NCBI RefSeq assembly: GCF_009914755.1
Contig: NC_060946.1
DNA length: 64,000 bases
DNA from: the human T2T-CHM13v2.0 reference genome, Homo sapiens
Reading direction: 5' to 3' (one strand)
In this document: in pieces, positions 1-20,509 of the stretch
Numbering within the stretch: the first letter of the stretch is position 1
Layout: the number at the start of each line of letters is the position of its first letter
Notes under the pieces: model-generated
What the model saw: the letters and a program-made list of their open reading frames with translations, nothing else
What the model was told of the DNA's origin: nothing
Database searches by the model: none
Translations under genes and position numbers: made by a program

Positions 1-404
1 CATTGCATTGTACTCCCTCTTTAGCTAGAAGTCAGGTTAGCACCAATCTGCCGGGACCTTCTCACCCCGAAGGTGCATGATAAAATCAAATATGAGAACC
101 GACAAGGCCAAGGACCAGGTCACTCTGCCAAAAGTGCCTAAAACAGCCTTTCAGCTTCATCCATCAGCAGACAGCCACAAAACCACTCCCAACTGCAGCA
201 GGCTGGTCTCCGGTCACCACTGTCTTATCTTGTCGGAAAACATCCTCTCTCCATGTGCCAAAAAGTTGAGTGGGAAAATAATTCCATCCTTTCAGAGCTA
301 AACACTGTGCTGAGTCTCATCGCACACGGGTGGGCAAAGAAAGTTGACATTTACTGCTCACCCACTCTGTGCCTTGACCTGTGCAAGATGCTTTATGCTA
401 GAAC

Positions 405-945
405 TCATTTAATTCTCAAGAACAACCTCATTTTACAGATAAGGATACAGAGGCTCTAAGAGTTAAATTTACCCAAGAGGACATGGTAAGTAAGTGCCAG
501 TGCAGGGAACAAATTCAGGTCCCACTCTAAAATCTGTCTCTTTCCAGATCTCAAGGCACACCACTGAGTTGCCTTTCACCTTTCTCCCAAGATGAGGATT
601 GCTCTGGCATGACTTCACCTTTCTCTTCTGAAGCAATTCCAAGTTCACTTCTCTGCCCACTGACAGTTCACTCTCCTTTCCCTGCCACTGTCCCTTCTGC
701 AAACGCACAATCTTTTACCCAACCTAACGCCCCCAGCCTCGTAGAATAACACTGCGCAGTTGGTTTACAGTCACAAAGCACTTTCAAGACAGTGTTTCGT
801 CTCCTGGTCACCACAGTCCGGTGAAGCCGGCAAAGCAGATAAAAGCATCCCCATTTTACAAGAAAGCCATCTTCCCAAGGTCGCGGAATAAAAAGCAGGT
901 GAAATCGGAAGCAGAACCCCAGGTCTTGACCCCTGGTCCTCGGCT
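405..945. mobile_element. Two MIR fragments in PI4KA intron 1 (~405-545, ~765-945)
   Basis: CTCATTTAATTCTCAAGAACAACC / CATTTTACAGATAAGGA.ACAGAGGCTC / CCCAAGGTC MIR core motifs. Confidence 0.6.
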
Positions 946-1263
946 CATCCCACTGCTCCGCACAGCCGCCCACGATCCAGCCTCCACCTCCGCGATGTCA
1001 CAAGATGCTCCCTGGGCCAGCAGCTCACATCCCCCACCCCCATCCCACAACCACCCACCTGCAGCGGCCCTGCAGGCCCCGCCGACCCTTCCCCCACGGT
1101 CCCTCTCTCTTCACCAGCCCCTCCCACTAGGGCCTCCTTCCCCCGCTAGATCCCTCCGCTCAGGCGCCCCCTCCCGCACAGGCTGCCGGCGAGCCCAGCC
1201 TCGGCCTCCCACAGACCCTCGTCCCGCCTCCACGCTTCGTCACCCCAGCCCCTCCTCCTGTCA

Positions 1264-1554
<291 letters not shown>

Positions 1555-1630
1555 TCAGTTGCTGACACTAGATAGGGCGTGGCTGCGGGGCGGGCCCACC
1601 GCTGCAGGGGAGAGAGGGGATGGACAGTAG

Positions 1631-2170
<540 letters not shown>

Positions 2171-2790
2171 TAGCATAGATTCTTGCACCTTAGTGACTCG
2201 ATGGTGGTAACAATCTGTTAACTATGTAAAGGTATGTGCATCTGGAGTACTTGAAGAGGGCAGTTTACCCCAGAAATCTTCCTTAGCTATTAGTCTGCTT
2301 CGTTGATTTTTTTTTTCTTACGCCTAGCTCACGGGGAAACGCCAGATTATTTTCTGTCCAGGTGAGTAAAAATTCTGAACAGCAGGTCCTAGGTTTGGGA
2401 AATGGAGAGTCCGTTTCTTCGACATTATTTCCTGTGCAAAATCTGGCACAGGGTTTTGGCCATTCCTTCCGGAGTGAGCCAGAAAGAGAGGACTATGTGC
2501 CTGCGAGTGTCAGGTGATACCCTGAAGCATCAGGGCAGGTGGTCCACGAGTTCTTCCCGCATCATTGACATCTCCACCTAACCAACCAATAGAGGTATTG
2601 AAGTCCCTTCAGCCCAGACAGCTGCCTAGTTGACCAAAGCCTGGGTTTGATTGAGTCCAGGGTCTTACCTTTACTTCCCAAATCCTAGACAAATAGTGTG
2701 CGGGTTAAGAGTTTGTTGCTCCAACTCATCTTCATCAGTTCTTCCCATCCTTAGATTTCAGAGAGTAGTACCTTCAATAACAATTATTCT

Positions 2791-4790
<2,000 letters not shown>

Positions 4791-7700
4791 TAACCTTGTT
4801 AGGGAGGTTTTGCCTGTAGTTCTTACATCTCATACCTACTGGATTCCTATGTTCCATTCTAAATGGGAAGTCTTGGCTTAGATTTGAGAGGATTGCCTGA
4901 GGTTTTAGGGCCCTGGTGAATGGGTCACATGATTGAGGATCTCAAGCCCAAGGAATTCAACTAACAACTATTTAAGGAGACATCTTTGTAAACTGAGAAC
5001 AAATGAAGTAGGGAATCAATGATTCAAAGTAGGGCATTGTGGCAGAGGATAAACTTGAATCTAGCTTTTAAGGCTGAGGTTTACACAAGAGGAGTGAGAA
5101 TGAGGGATGTTCTTAGGGAAGACAGGAAAATATGCAAATGCACTGGCCCAGCAACAGAGCTCCTGGGTCCAGAGGAGGGACATGATAGACTGGGTGTGTT
5201 AGAGGACAGGGGATGGAGGAGGTAGCTTAGGAGCCCTTGGAGGTCATAGGGAAAGTTCTGGTCTCATAGCGCAGGAGAGGCAAAAATGTAATAGTGGTGA
5301 GTTTGATATAGATTGTGATGACATGCCCCGTGCTGCCCCCAAAGGTCTTTCTATGCAGTGGGGACAGTGAGAGCTGAGGCAGAGTGGCACTTCAGGCATA
5401 TCAGGCTTGGCCAGGCCAGGCATTGCTGTGAGAAGTACAGTGTGGTCATGACTGGGCAGGTGACAGGTGCTCTTGTCAGTGAGACAACATGTTGGAATTT
5501 TCCAGGATTGGGTCAGTTCTCAATTATGAGAAGCCCTGGGAGTCAGGGATGACCTACATCTCCACCACACCCAGTGTTCTCCAAGCTGTCTTTGTTTTTG
5601 TGTTTTGTTTTGGGGGAGGTTTTTTGAGATGGGGGTCTCACTCTGTCAACCAGGCTAGAGTGCCGTGGTGCAATCTTGGCTCACTGCAGCCTCTGCCTCC
5701 AGGTGCAAGTGATCCTCCTGCCACAGCCTCCCAAGTAGCCAAGACTACAGGTGCACGCCACCACACTCGACTAATTTTTGGTATTTTTGGTGGAGATGGG
5801 CTTTCGCCATGTTACCCAGGCTAGTCTCGAATTCCTGAGCTCAGATGATCTGCACACCTTGGCCTCCCAGTGCTGGATTACAGGCTCCAAGCTGTCTTTG
5901 AATCACTCTAATCACTCTTTCATTCCCTTTGGTGTTGGGATGGGAACAGAGGAGTATGAGCTCTTCCAACCCTCAGTGCACAGTGTGGCTTCCAGCAAAT
6001 TCCAGCATACCCTGCTAATCACCCAACTTAGGTGCCTGGTTACCCCAGCACTGTGAAACATGCCAACACATGACAGATTTATGTCAAAGATGAGGACTTT
6101 ACAAATTATATTAGGTTGGGAAGATTATAATTCAGTCCCAGCTTGGCAGGAAAATGGCTTAGTTAAGTCACCTCTAGCAAAGAGAGCTGCCCTTCTCCTA
6201 CTGTGAAACCTGGCAAGGATTGTTTCTCACAAAGGCTCAGGCCACAGGCTATGACCACAAAAGAACAGAGGAGAAGTAGTGGGAGCAGGGCGGTTTCCCC
6301 AGGCCGACCTGGTAGGCGCTTTGTAGAACTACAGGGAGACTTGTAAGCCACTCGTCTCTTTCCCTGTTTAGTAAGCATGATTTCTTCTTTTTTTTTTCCT
6401 AAGGTTTAATTTTTATGAAGAGAGATTCCAATCACATGGTTCAAAATTTCAAAACATACAAAAGGGTGTAGTCTTCTCCCACTTCCCTCCCTATCATCCC
6501 TCTGCCCCTAAGGCAGCCAGGCACTTTCCCTCCTTCAGTGTTTTGGGGAGATAATGCCGTGGATAAAAATGGGTTTTTTTTTTTAAGTGAAGTATTGTAT
6601 ACATTCTGGTCTGCATGTGCTTAATAGAATGGAGTTTGTTCCACACTAGTATGTAATGAGCTGGGCTTTCTTTTTGGCTGTGTTGTATTCCATTGAACAA
6701 ATGACTTCTATTTATGCAGCCTGTCCCCTAATGATGAGCATTGAGGTTGTTTACACCTTTTGGTGAGTCTATTTGCATCCTACTTGGACATGGTTTTTGT
6801 ACACCTTTTCATCACTCCAGTGGAGGAGACTCACCTGCCCAGGACACTCTGCTTCCCCTCTTGTAGCTGAACTTAACTCCACTGAGGTTTTCTGGGGCCC
6901 GAGATCTCGGTTCAGGGGAGTCCAGCAACAAACATTAGACCAGGGTTGGAACGGCTGGCACAGTAACATCAATGGAAAGGGACAGAGTTTGAGAGTTCAA
7001 ACGTGATGCACTCAGCAGCCACCGCCAGCACATCCTCCACACCGTCTCGTGCAGGGGCCCACCCATCTCTGTGTCTTTCCAGCACACAACAGTCACCCAC
7101 ACTGGGCATTCCATTCAGAGGTGGGAGAGAGGAGGACACCCCTCCTGGCCCAGGAGCAGAGGCCATCAAGGTGTCCCCGGAACTTAGAGTAGATACATTG
7201 CCAAAAGGTGATATCCTCATTCTCAGGGATTCTGGTCTTGGAGCAGCCCACTCCAAATGAGGGGCCGTACAGACCAAAGTCACCCCTCTGAGGCAGCGTG
7301 TGGTGATACTGATGCAGCCAGAGTTCTTAGCAAAAGTTGATGGATGGGGACAAGCAGCTGCTAGATTAAGTAATTCCTCAAATTTGTAAATGTCAGCAGT
7401 GGAAGAGGAGCAGTCTCTTACCCATCTCTTGCTCAACTTTCTACCCCCACGCTTCTCAGCACAATGTCCTTAAGCGTTATTGGCGCTCCCAAAATAGTTG
7501 CCAAATGAATAAGTGACCTGGGGAAGGAAAGGAAGGAGGGAGGGAACAGAAGATTGCCTGAAAAAGGAGGAGAGAGTTGGGTGGAAAGAATGCATTGAGC
7601 TGTGTGCCTTGGTTGCAATGCCTGTCCTGTGACCAGAAAATGCATCCCAACACATGTCAGGCTGTGTCTAGCAGGTGGGAGGGAGTCTGGTGGAGAAATG

Positions 7701-8334
7701 GCATTGGACCACATACTCACCGCTAGGTCTGTTCGGGATTTATTTTTAATTAATTTTTGGTAAACTATCAATGATTGAATTTGACCATTGATGGCCAGGT
7801 GTGGTGGCTCACACCTGTAATCCTAGCACTTGGGGAGGCTGAGGCAGGTGGATCCCTTGAACCCAGGAGTTCAAGATCAGCCTGGGGAATGTGGTAAAAC
7901 CCTGGCTCTACAAAAAATACAAAAATTACCTGGGCATGGCGGTGCATGCCTGTAGTTCCAGCTACTCAGAAGGCTGAGGTAGGAGGATCTCTTGAACCAG
8001 GGAGGTCAAGGCTGCAGTGAGCTGAGGTCATGCCACTGTATTCCAGCCTGGGTGACAAAGTGAGACCCTGTCTCAAAAAAAAAAAAGAATTAGACCATTG
8101 ATCCCAGGCCAATTTGCTGGCTTGTTGGCTGTAACAGGATGCCTTCTGAGGATGGGCTGGTTGTTCGAGCTTCTGGCTTCTCCTTCCTGGGCACATCCAC
8201 TCACAGCTGCCACATTGTCCCAAGGAACCTTGCTTTGCTGACCAGGAAACATGCTGTGACAAGCTGAGCGGCCATCTGCTATACAGCTTTCTGCCTCTGA
8301 GGTGTTCTTAGAGTGGGAAGTGTTGTAGGGAGGT

Positions 8335-8886
8335 GTTTGGGGGTTCCCAAGACTACCCTCAACTTCACTGATTCACTGGAAGGATGCACAGAACTGTTAC
8401 ACGTATGGTGATGGTTTCTTACAATGAAAAGATGCTGATTAAAACCATCAAATGAAAAAAGTGCATAGGGCAGCGTCCAGGGGAAACCAGGCACAAGCTT
8501 CCAGTTGTCCTCTCCCCATGGAGTCATGTGGACAACACTTCTCCAAGCAGTGCGTGACAACACACACAGAGTATTGTCAACCAAGGACCCTCACTTAAGC
8601 CTGGGTGTCCAGAGTTTTTTGGGGAGTCTGTCACATAGGCATGGCTGAGTATAGTCTCCAACCCCACCAGAGGTCAAGCTGATAACGTGTAGCCCAAGGC
8701 CACCATCATATATCACATTGTTAGCATAGTCTGTCTGACCTGGTCTAAGCTTAGGCTCACTTGAGCAAGGACACTCTTATCAGGCAGGATATTCCAAAAA
8801 CAAGGAACCAGGCTAGGGCCACACCTCTCTTTGGAATGTGGAGTGTATGGACAACCCAGAGCTGCTGAGCTAGCCTTTTGCTCAGC
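8335..8886 (-). mobile_element. MER21-family solo LTR
   Basis: Minus strand reads ...CTCAGCAGCTCTGGGTTGTCCATACACTCCACATTCCAAAGAGAGG...GGAATATCCTGCCTGATAAGAGTGTC..., matching the MER21 5' region as I recall it. Confidence 0.75.
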
Positions 8887-11669
8887 CCCAGGTTGGCCTG
8901 CACACAGACGGCGAGGGGCACCAGCACTACCGCCTTTGCCCTTGGTGGTTTTTCCTGCACCCTAAGACCCGATTTGTCTCTGAATCCACCCCATACTCCA
9001 GCTGCCACAGTCAGAGCCCCGGGTTTGAGCATCTGCCATGGGTGCTCACGTATCCCTGCCAAGGCTTGTGCCTGTGCACACTCCCTTGGGAAGGGAGAGA
9101 TGGAACAAAGATAAATTTCAGATTTCTAGATTCAGCTCACTGACTCCAGATTGGCCTCCGTCTACTTATGATGAACCTCATTTATCAGAACCTGAGTTTA
9201 CGAGCTCAGTATGAGAAACACAGTATTGATGCCCTTCCGTCAGGAACCTGGGGAGGTCTCGGTCACGGAAGCCCACCTGATGTTATAAGATGTGTTGGCT
9301 GCGAGTTGCAGTTGAGATCTGTTGGTCACTGCTGCCCTTTGAAGGCCTTAGTGACATCCTGTGGGTGTTCCCTGCCGAGTCCTGTGGGTAGCCCCGCTCA
9401 CTCCCCACACGGTTCCTCTGCCCCTGCACAAGCTGCACCCTCTGCCTGGTGCCCTTGCCCCACCCCAACTGTTCGTTGTGATTTGTTTTTAGGAAAACTA
9501 AGTCCAAATGGACAGGACCCCCAACTTTCTGACTGCCTAACTTCTCAGTCTCTCCTCCAGCCTCAACAGGGAGCCTCTCTGACCCCCACCTTAAGCTAAA
9601 CAAAGAGTCTGCAGGGAGAGGTGACTCTGTGTGTGTATGTGTTTGTGTGCACGCGTGCAGTAGCTTTAGTTTCTGCCTCCCCCACAGGACTGTAAGCTCA
9701 GTGAAGCAAGGACTCATCTGCCTTTCTTGGATTCCGAGCATTGCAATGTTGTCAACAAATGAAAAGCTGAGATTGAACCTCACTCATCTTGCTCTCTGTT
9801 AGACTGTAAACACCATCAGGACAGAGACTTGGGATTGTTTCGTGGACAAAGAGAGAACTCTTGTTGGGGTTCAAGGGAGTAAGAAGGGCATCACCTGTAA
9901 TGCTTAGTAATCACTGAAACAAGGAAGCACTTTGCATGTGCGTCCTTTACACTGAGGGCACCTGCGGAGCTCACTCCCCTAGCAGCCACCCAAGTCCGTT
10001 CAGGGACCTCATTCTCCCACGGGAAGTTGGAGAAGATGGGCCGTGGCTCTGCGGAGGGGGGTGTGGACCTGCCTCGGTACCTGGAGCGGTTGAGGCCTGT
10101 CTTGGTGGTGGCTGGGGCACAGGTGTCTGCCTGGCCTGTCCTTACAGACTGTCAGTGTTCTCTTTCCTGGTATTTTGGTGTTTGCTCTGTCAAACCCTTC
10201 TTCCTCATTGGTTGGAACTAGGTCACAAGCACATTAAGTCCGGTCATTTCCTCTGCCTTCTGGGGGTGGATTTTAGCAGAAGAAACAACTCCTCCCTTGC
10301 TGGCCTCATGACCTCTGGTGAACACTAGCTTTCAGCAAACAGAAACTTCCAGAGGCCAGAGCAGCACTCAGTCGCCTGGCCTTCCAGCCTCACAGGCAAG
10401 ATAAGCCACCCTCACAGACTTCTCTGTGCTCCCATCTAAACATCTAAATCAGCCATCTGGTTTCCTTAACAGTAGCACAGACTCTGGGAGTTTGAGAGAA
10501 TGTGTCTCTTGTGAATAAGAGAAAATAAGTCCATACTGGGGAAGGTAGCTCTCCAAATTGAGATGAGGAGGTCAGGGTGGGAGGGTGAGTGGTCGTGGGT
10601 TGGCCCTGATGGGAGGAGCTCACCATCAGGGAAGCTGAGGACCTCCCTCCTAATGTGACAGCAGAGTCTTGGCCACCTCTTCATTCCCCAGTCCCCAACC
10701 TGGCTGCTCTGAGTGTCTTTCCAGCTACTGGAAAGCTTCTTCTGCAGCCTGCAAAGCTAGCTGGAACTGGACTGTCAGAAAAACATGTAGATGCTGGAGA
10801 AAATCTGTTAATCCTAACGTATAGCTCTGCCTTATTCCAGAGAAGACCGCAGTGTGGACATGAAGATGATAAACTTGAGGTGATGGAAGGAGCAGAAATG
10901 CCAGATACATTAGCAGCTCTTTTTTCTTTTGAAAACTAGCCCTTGCAAGATTTGCTTGACATACTGAGTGACACTATCCAGAAAACATCTTTTTTTTACT
11001 TAAAAAAGGCTGATGGTTTGTTCAGACATCTCTTGTGAACTAGTGAAAAACATAAACGTTGAAAGCTGTAAAATTCAGCAGTTCTAAGTTTATTTCCAGC
11101 AAGAGTTAAACAAAGTTTAATAGTAAATTCAACCAACCAGTGTTTTAGCTTTTTGCCTATACATTATGTTTTTAAATTTCACCCATTAAACAAGGACTCA
11201 GGTTACACATTGATTCCTTAAGGACTTTAAGGAAGCCACAACCATTTATTTATAGTTGCATTTTGCTCTTCAGGTTTCCAGGATGTTTAAAATTTTTTTT
11301 GACTTTGTTTTTAGGCATCAAGAGAGAATATATCTAAAAAACATTTGCATAGTTAGTGTAATTGCTAAGCCACAGGGTGATGGGTGGATAGATTCAGAGG
11401 AAGGCAGCTGAGGGCAGAGGCTGCCTGACAGAGCAGGAAAAATGAAGCTCGAGAGCCTTCTGGCTGGAAAGGCAGCTCACAGATGGGCCGCAGCTGTAGA
11501 TCAGTTCTGAACTAGGGACTGAAGCAAGTTTGTCGTAAATAAAGGAAAGTGGTAGTGTTGATGTTGTGAATGTATATCCACAACCAGAACCATCAGCTCT
11601 GGAGGGACCATCAGGCTGCCACTGTGGCCACAGAGCATCACTCACGTCTCCATTGGGCAGATTTGCAGA

Positions 11670-12333
<664 letters not shown>

Positions 12334-12352
12334 TTAAATGGGAACTTCCTAA

Positions 12353-12709
<357 letters not shown>

Positions 12710-12999
12710 TGAACTCCTGACCTCATGATCTGCCCGCCTCAGCCTCCCAAAATGCTGGGATTACGGGTGTGAATCACTGCGCCACCCTCTGCCATCCATC
12801 TTAACATGGCGCCATGAGCCAGCCTCTCAGGAAAAGGGTCTCATGAACAAATGAGGAAAGCAAGTAGAGGTAGGGCAGGGAGGGAGAGGCAAAGGAATGT
12901 GTTGTTGGAAAGGGTAGTGTGCCCCTCACAGATGACAGTACCCGTCTCCAGATGTGCCCACTGAGAGTTTATGAAGGGGCTGCTCCATGTGGTCCTTGA

Positions 13000-13254
<255 letters not shown>

Positions 13255-14414
13255 TGAGTGCATCTTCTACCATCTGGGTATAAAGGAGCAGAAGTGGGGA
13301 TTAGTGCAAATGACCAAGACTTTCAGTCCACGTCAGTGCCATGAAGGGATCCAACAACCCTTTAAGTTACTCATCAGGGGATATTTGTCCTCAAACATTG
13401 TGAAACCAGGAACTGTTCTTCCCTGATCCCATGTTCACTTGATTGACATCTAGTCTGTCAATAGCTTCTCCAATAATTGTGACCCCACTACTTTGAAAGA
13501 GAGGGTGTTCACCTCAGCGTAATCTGTATAAATGTGACTCACTTCACATAATTTTTGCTTTAAAAAATCTTTAGGGCTGGGTGCAGTGGCTCACACCTGT
13601 AATCCCGACACTTCAGGATGCCAAGGTGGGTAGATTGCTTAAGCCCAGGAGCTCGAGACCAGCCTGGGCAACATAGTGGGAACCCAGTCTTTACAAAAAT
13701 TACCCAGGCATTGTGGTGCACACCTGTAGTCCCAGCTCCTCAGGAGGCTGAGGTAAGAGGATCTCATGAGGCCTGGAGATCAAGGCTGCAGTGAGCTGTA
13801 ATGGTGCACTCCAACCTGGGCTACAGAGGGAGGCCCTGTCTCAAGAAAAAAAAAAAAAAAAGTCTTTATGTCTAAATTTGTCATATCTAATCCAATTCGC
13901 CCATTGATTTTTATTTGAAAATTATAAGGCTGGGCTCAGTGGCTTATCTGTAAAATCCCATGCTTTCAGAGGCTAAGGTAGGAGGATTGTTTGAGACCAG
14001 CCTAGACAACATAGCAAAGACCCGTCTCTATAAAAACTAAAAAAAAAAAAAAATTAGCCAGACATGATGGCACGTGCCTATATTCCTAGCTACAGGGGAG
14101 ACTGAGGTGGAAGGATTGCTTTAGCCCAGGTGTTAGAGACTAGAGTTAAGCTATGATGGTGCCACTGCACTACAGCATCAGTGACAGAGTCTCCCTGTCT
14201 CTAAAAAAAAAAAAAAAAAAAAAAAGATTTAAAGCTAAATAATTAAAATCAAAAAAATAAAGTTAGAAGTTGCTTTCCTCAGGTTTTGGCTCGAAATATA
14301 AAATCATACATGAGACTGGGGGCCAGGCACGGTGGCTCACGCCTATAATCCTAGCACTTGGGGAGGCCGAGGCGGGTGGATCACCAAGTCAGGAAATCAA
14401 GACCATCCTGGCTA

Positions 14415-14649
<235 letters not shown>

Positions 14650-14837
14650 TCAAGGATAAAGGAATGGAGTTTCTGCTGAAGTAGATTACTATTGTTTGTA
14701 TTTCAGATCACTGTGTCTGTTTTTATTACAAAAACAACATGGCCACATTACAGACAATCTATACTTTACCTACCGCAACACAAAAACAGAAAATTTCATT
14801 TTCCCCTTATTCAGTATTTTCATAGTTGTAACCATAG

Positions 14838-15325
<488 letters not shown>

Positions 15326-15495
15326 TAGCCAGGATGGTCTCGACCTCCTGACTTCGTGATCCATCCGCCTCCGCCTTCCAAAGTGCTGGGATTACAGGCG
15401 TGAGCCACCACATCCGGCCTAATTTTTGTATTTTTAGTAGAGATGGGGTTTCACCATGTTGGCCAGTCTGGTCTCAAACTCCTGACCTCAGGTGA

Positions 15496-15762
<267 letters not shown>

Positions 15763-16577
15763 TAGTCTCGAACTCTTGATCTCAGATGATCCGCCCGCCT
15801 CAGCCTTCCAAAGTGCTAGGATTATGGGCGTGAGCCACCACACCTGGCCTCTCTCTTTGTTTTAATTCTGTAATGTGGAGCTTTTCTTTTTCATTTTATT
15901 TATTTATTTTTTAAGAGATGAGGTCTTGCTGTGTTGGCCAGGTTGGTCTTGAACTCCTGGCCTCAAGCAGTCCTCCCACCTCGGCCTCCCAAAGTGCTAG
16001 GATTACAGGCATGAGCCACCACACCTAACTGCAGAGCCGTTTTTTTTAATGCATCACTAAGGTACAGTAAAATATGTGCATCTTAAGTGGAGAGCCAGTG
16101 ACTGTGAACCTGTGTACACTAGTGTGGCCACCACCCAGATCAAGATGTAGGGTGTGGCAGGGAGGAAATTAGATAACTACTTCAAACTCAGAGTGGGGCT
16201 GGGGAGAAACCAGTGTAGGTAACAAAGCTGGTGGTGATGGCAGAAAGAACAGGCAGGCGAAGCCATCAAGAGTTATGGAGAGGTTCAGGCATGGTGGCTC
16301 ATGCCTGTAATCCCAGCAATTTGGGAGACTGAGGCAGGAGGATCACTTGATCCCAGCCTGAGCAACATGACAAAACCCCGTCTCTACAGAAAAACACAAA
16401 AATGAAGTTGGGCATGGTGGTTCAGGCCTGTAATCCCAGCACTTTGGGAGGCCGAGGCGGGTGCATCGTTTGAGGTCAGGAGTGTGAGACCAGGCCAGCC
16501 AACATGGTGAAACCCAGTGTCTCCTAAAAATACAAAAATCAGCCAGGCATGGTGGTGCCTGCCTGTAGCCCCAGCTA

Positions 16578-16682
<105 letters not shown>

Positions 16683-16683
16683 T

Positions 16684-16717
<34 letters not shown>

Positions 16718-17018
16718 CGGGCATGGTGAGTCACGCCTGTAATCCCAGCACTTTGGGAGGCCAAGGCCAACGGAGCACGAGGTCAGGAGATTGAGACCAT
16801 CCTGGCTAACACGGTGAAACCCCGTCTCTACTAAAAATACAAAATATTAGCCGGGTGTGGTGGCGGGCGCCTGTGGTCCCAGCTACTCGGGAGGCTGAGG
16901 CAGGAGAATGGCGTGAACCCAGGAGGCGGAGCTTACAGTGAGCTGAGATCACGCCACTGCAACAGTGAGCTGAGATCACGCCACTGCACTCCAGCCTGGG
17001 CGACAGAGCAAGACTCTG

Positions 17019-17069
17019 ACACACACAGACACACACAGACACACACACACACACACACACGAAAATTAG

Positions 17070-17107
<38 letters not shown>
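17019..17107 (+). repeat. Compound (CA)n microsatellite replacing an AluY tail
   Basis: Read directly; interrupted by GA and by GAAAATTAGC. Confidence 0.95.
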
Positions 17108-17109
<2 letters not shown>

Positions 17110-17901
17110 AAATTAGCCGGACATGGTGGTACGTGCTTGTGGTCCCAGCTACTGAGGTGGCTGAGGTGGACCCGACCTTTTGGCTTAGGTGGGAGGATCA
17201 CCTGAACCCAGGGAGGTTGAGCCTACAATGAGCTATGATTGTACCAGTCTACTCCAGCCTGGGTGACAGAGTGAGACCCTATCTCAAAAAAAAAAAAAAA
17301 AAAAGTACTGCAGGAGGGACCTGCAGAGTTGGCCCTGGGAACCTGCCGGCCTCAGTGAGTGCCCTGGGGAGGCACTAGCTAAGGTTATGAGGGTTGGTTG
17401 GTTTTTTTGGCTCAGCCATAATCACCATTCTGGGTTCTCCAGCTCAACCCTAATTTTAAACATCCGCCATTTCCCTCCAGTTCTAGTCGTTGCTTGTTTT
17501 TTGTTGTTTTTTTTTCAATATACATATCAGAAAGATGTTTTATATCCTAATCTTTGGCCACATTTAATTGCCATAGGAGAAGGTAGGATGTTCATTTGTT
17601 TTGGTCTAAGACATCCTCCATGTACAAACTCAGGAGCAGAGTGAGCCCTTGGAGGAGTGGGAAGCTGGCAAGTTTGTGACTAGCACCCTTTCACACCCTT
17701 CCACATCCTACATACCTCTTCACAAAGGCTGCTTCTGGGGCTCTTGGAGGCCCCTGCATCCCTGAACATAGCTATGAAAGCCATGGAAGTCCTGTGGCTC
17801 CAGGGGCAGTTTTCTTTTTTTGGAGCATCATGAAAACTCAGGGGCTTCCCAGCAAAGGCTTCCATCAGTGAGGCAGCCATAGTTATTTCAGTGAGGTGGG
17901 C

Positions 17902-17991
17902 TTTGTCTCTTGGGAAGTCCTGTTTGTCCTTGCTGACAGCTTTCCAAGCTGCTTGTTCTCATTTCCACTTAAAGCTGATGCGTTCCCGTCA
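17902..17991 (+). repeat. 90-bp local direct duplication, copy 1
   Basis: 86/90 identical to 19638-19727. Confidence 0.95.
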
Positions 17992-18684
17992 AGGTCCCCA
18001 AAGTCATGTACCCTGCCTGGCCTGCCCCTAGATTAGCCCCAATCAGTTGTAGCATTCTTGCCATCTCTTAGTAAATTCAAGAAAGCAAAACTTTCACCCA
18101 CACTCTGCAGTTCTGTGGGAGCAGAAGCTGCAGGAATGCAGTCTGTCTGTTGGAAGATATGGGGGAGGCAGACAGTCCACAGGGATGCAGTGGGGACCCA
18201 GAGGAGAGGGAGGTTGGCCCTGGGAACAGAGGAAGGCTGCACAAAGGACCTGACTTTTTGCAGAAGGTGAAGGTTTTGAGGGAACCCACCAATTGAAGGA
18301 GGGGTTGGTGCAGGCACATGGCAGTAAAAGCACAGGGGAAGCCGGGATGAAGGAAGTTGTTGGCCATTTCAAGGGCCCAGCAGGGCCAGACACAGTGGCT
18401 CATGCCTGTTATCCCAACATTTTATAAGGCCAAGGCAGGACAATCACTTGGGGCCAGGAGTTGAAGATCAGCCTGGGCAACATAGCAAGATTCTGTCTCT
18501 ACAAACATAAAAAATTTTTAAAGCTGGGCATGGTGATACAGGCCTGTAGTCATATTTACATGGACGACCAAAAAAAAAAATGGGGGGGCGGCTGGGTGCA
18601 GTGGCTCACGCCTGTAATCCCAGCACTTTTGGGAGGCTAAGGTGGGCGGATCACGAGGTCAGGAGATCGAGACCATCCTAGCTA

Positions 18685-19486
<802 letters not shown>

Positions 19487-19637
19487 TAGCCAGGATGGTC
19501 TCGATCTCCTGACCTAGTGATCTGCCCGCCTCGGCCTCAAAAGCTTTTAAAATAAGTTTCTCCTATCAAACTTCTGTTCAGTCATGCATTTCCTGTGTAC
19601 ATCATTATCACACAAACCCTTCGGCCTTCTCTGAAGT

Positions 19638-19727
19638 TTTGTCTCTTGGGAAGCCCTGTTTGTCCTTGCTGACAGCTTTCCAAGCTGCTTGTTCTCATTT
19701 CCACTTACAGCTCATGCGTTCCTGTCA
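19638..19727 (+). repeat. 90-bp local direct duplication, copy 2
   Basis: 86/90 identical to 17902-17991. Confidence 0.95.
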
Positions 19728-19930
19728 CATATGCACCCTTAATTTGAAATTCTCTAACTTATTTAAGACTTGGTTTCTGACCAGGAACCACCCTCTCTTA
19801 AACCTCTACTGTCTTATCACTTTTCTCAGTCTCCCTAGAAATTGGCTTTCTTGGCTGAGCGTGGTGGCTCACGCCTATAATCCCAGCACTTTGGAGGTTG
19901 AGGTGGGCGGATCACAAAGTCAGGTGTTCA

Positions 19931-20277
<347 letters not shown>

Positions 20278-20300
20278 TTAGCCGGGCGTAGTGGCGCTCA

Positions 20301-20509
<209 letters not shown>

